A stretch of DNA of 64,000 nt from Octopus vulgaris (Eukaryota), in NCBI GenBank assembly GCA_951406725.2, contig OX597816.1, positions 154,380,001 to 154,444,000 of the forward strand, given 5' to 3'. Numbering within the stretch: the first letter of the stretch is position 1; each line of letters begins with the position of its first letter. The notes under the pieces were generated by a model. It was not told the DNA's origin. It saw only the letters and a program-made list of their open reading frames with translations, and searched no databases. Positions 63,630 to 64,000 of this stretch are shown piece by piece. Made by a program: the position numbers and the translations under genes.

Positions 63630-64000
63630 ATGAAGAATGTGTGATAGAATGCTAAGGTAAGAGCACTATAGATAAGTTGCAAGGTAGTGCTCAGAAAAAT
63701 CTGAAACTTCAACTCTTTCACCCAGGGCAGATAACACTAAGGTAGGAAGTCGGCTATAAGAAAAATCTACCTCAAGTGGGTCTGAAAACAGAAAAGACAG
63801 ACAAGCAATAATAGGATAAGGAATGTATTCACATGGAAAGCTGTGTGTACAAATAAATGATATAATCAAGTCTTATATATACAGCTGTTTCAAATAATCT
63901 ATGATTGGCATCATAATTATGAATATCATGTAATAATATTATTATTACTCAATAATAGTATCATCAATAACTGGCATGGATTTTGAGACTTGTGCGGTGA
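63630..64000 (-). mobile_element. Probable pLTR-like sequence with degenerate hammerhead, running off the window end
   Basis: Minus 63970 to 63876: TTGATGA ... GAAAC agct GTA, with palindromic ACAGCTGT but a poor stem I. Confidence 0.45.

Overview
AT-rich, repeat-saturated eukaryotic DNA with no host protein-coding gene I can support; most ORFs in the track are microsatellite artefacts. The SINE and RTE repeats resemble Octopus (cephalopod) repeats as I remember them (inference, not searched). Contents: many RTE LINE fragments and (GAT)n-tailed 3' ends, tRNA-derived SINEs, a full-length Tc1 element, mariner relics, two non-autonomous Helitrons, a piggyBac-like MITE, an internally deleted Gypsy element with both LTRs and a TSD, a CR1-group 3' end, and several Penelope-like (GIY-YIG) fragments. 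The main signal is about 10 loci carrying hammerhead ribozyme motifs of different sequence families, mostly with self-complementary stem III and set in inverted or tandem repeats inside (AT)n tracts. The best case is a non-coding 362-bp tandem element (49411-50340) whose second copy has a complete type I hammerhead with the compensatory U3-A8 core: a retrozyme-like or Penelope pLTR-derived candidate. All folds and translations were done by eye, and boundaries of decayed elements are approximate.
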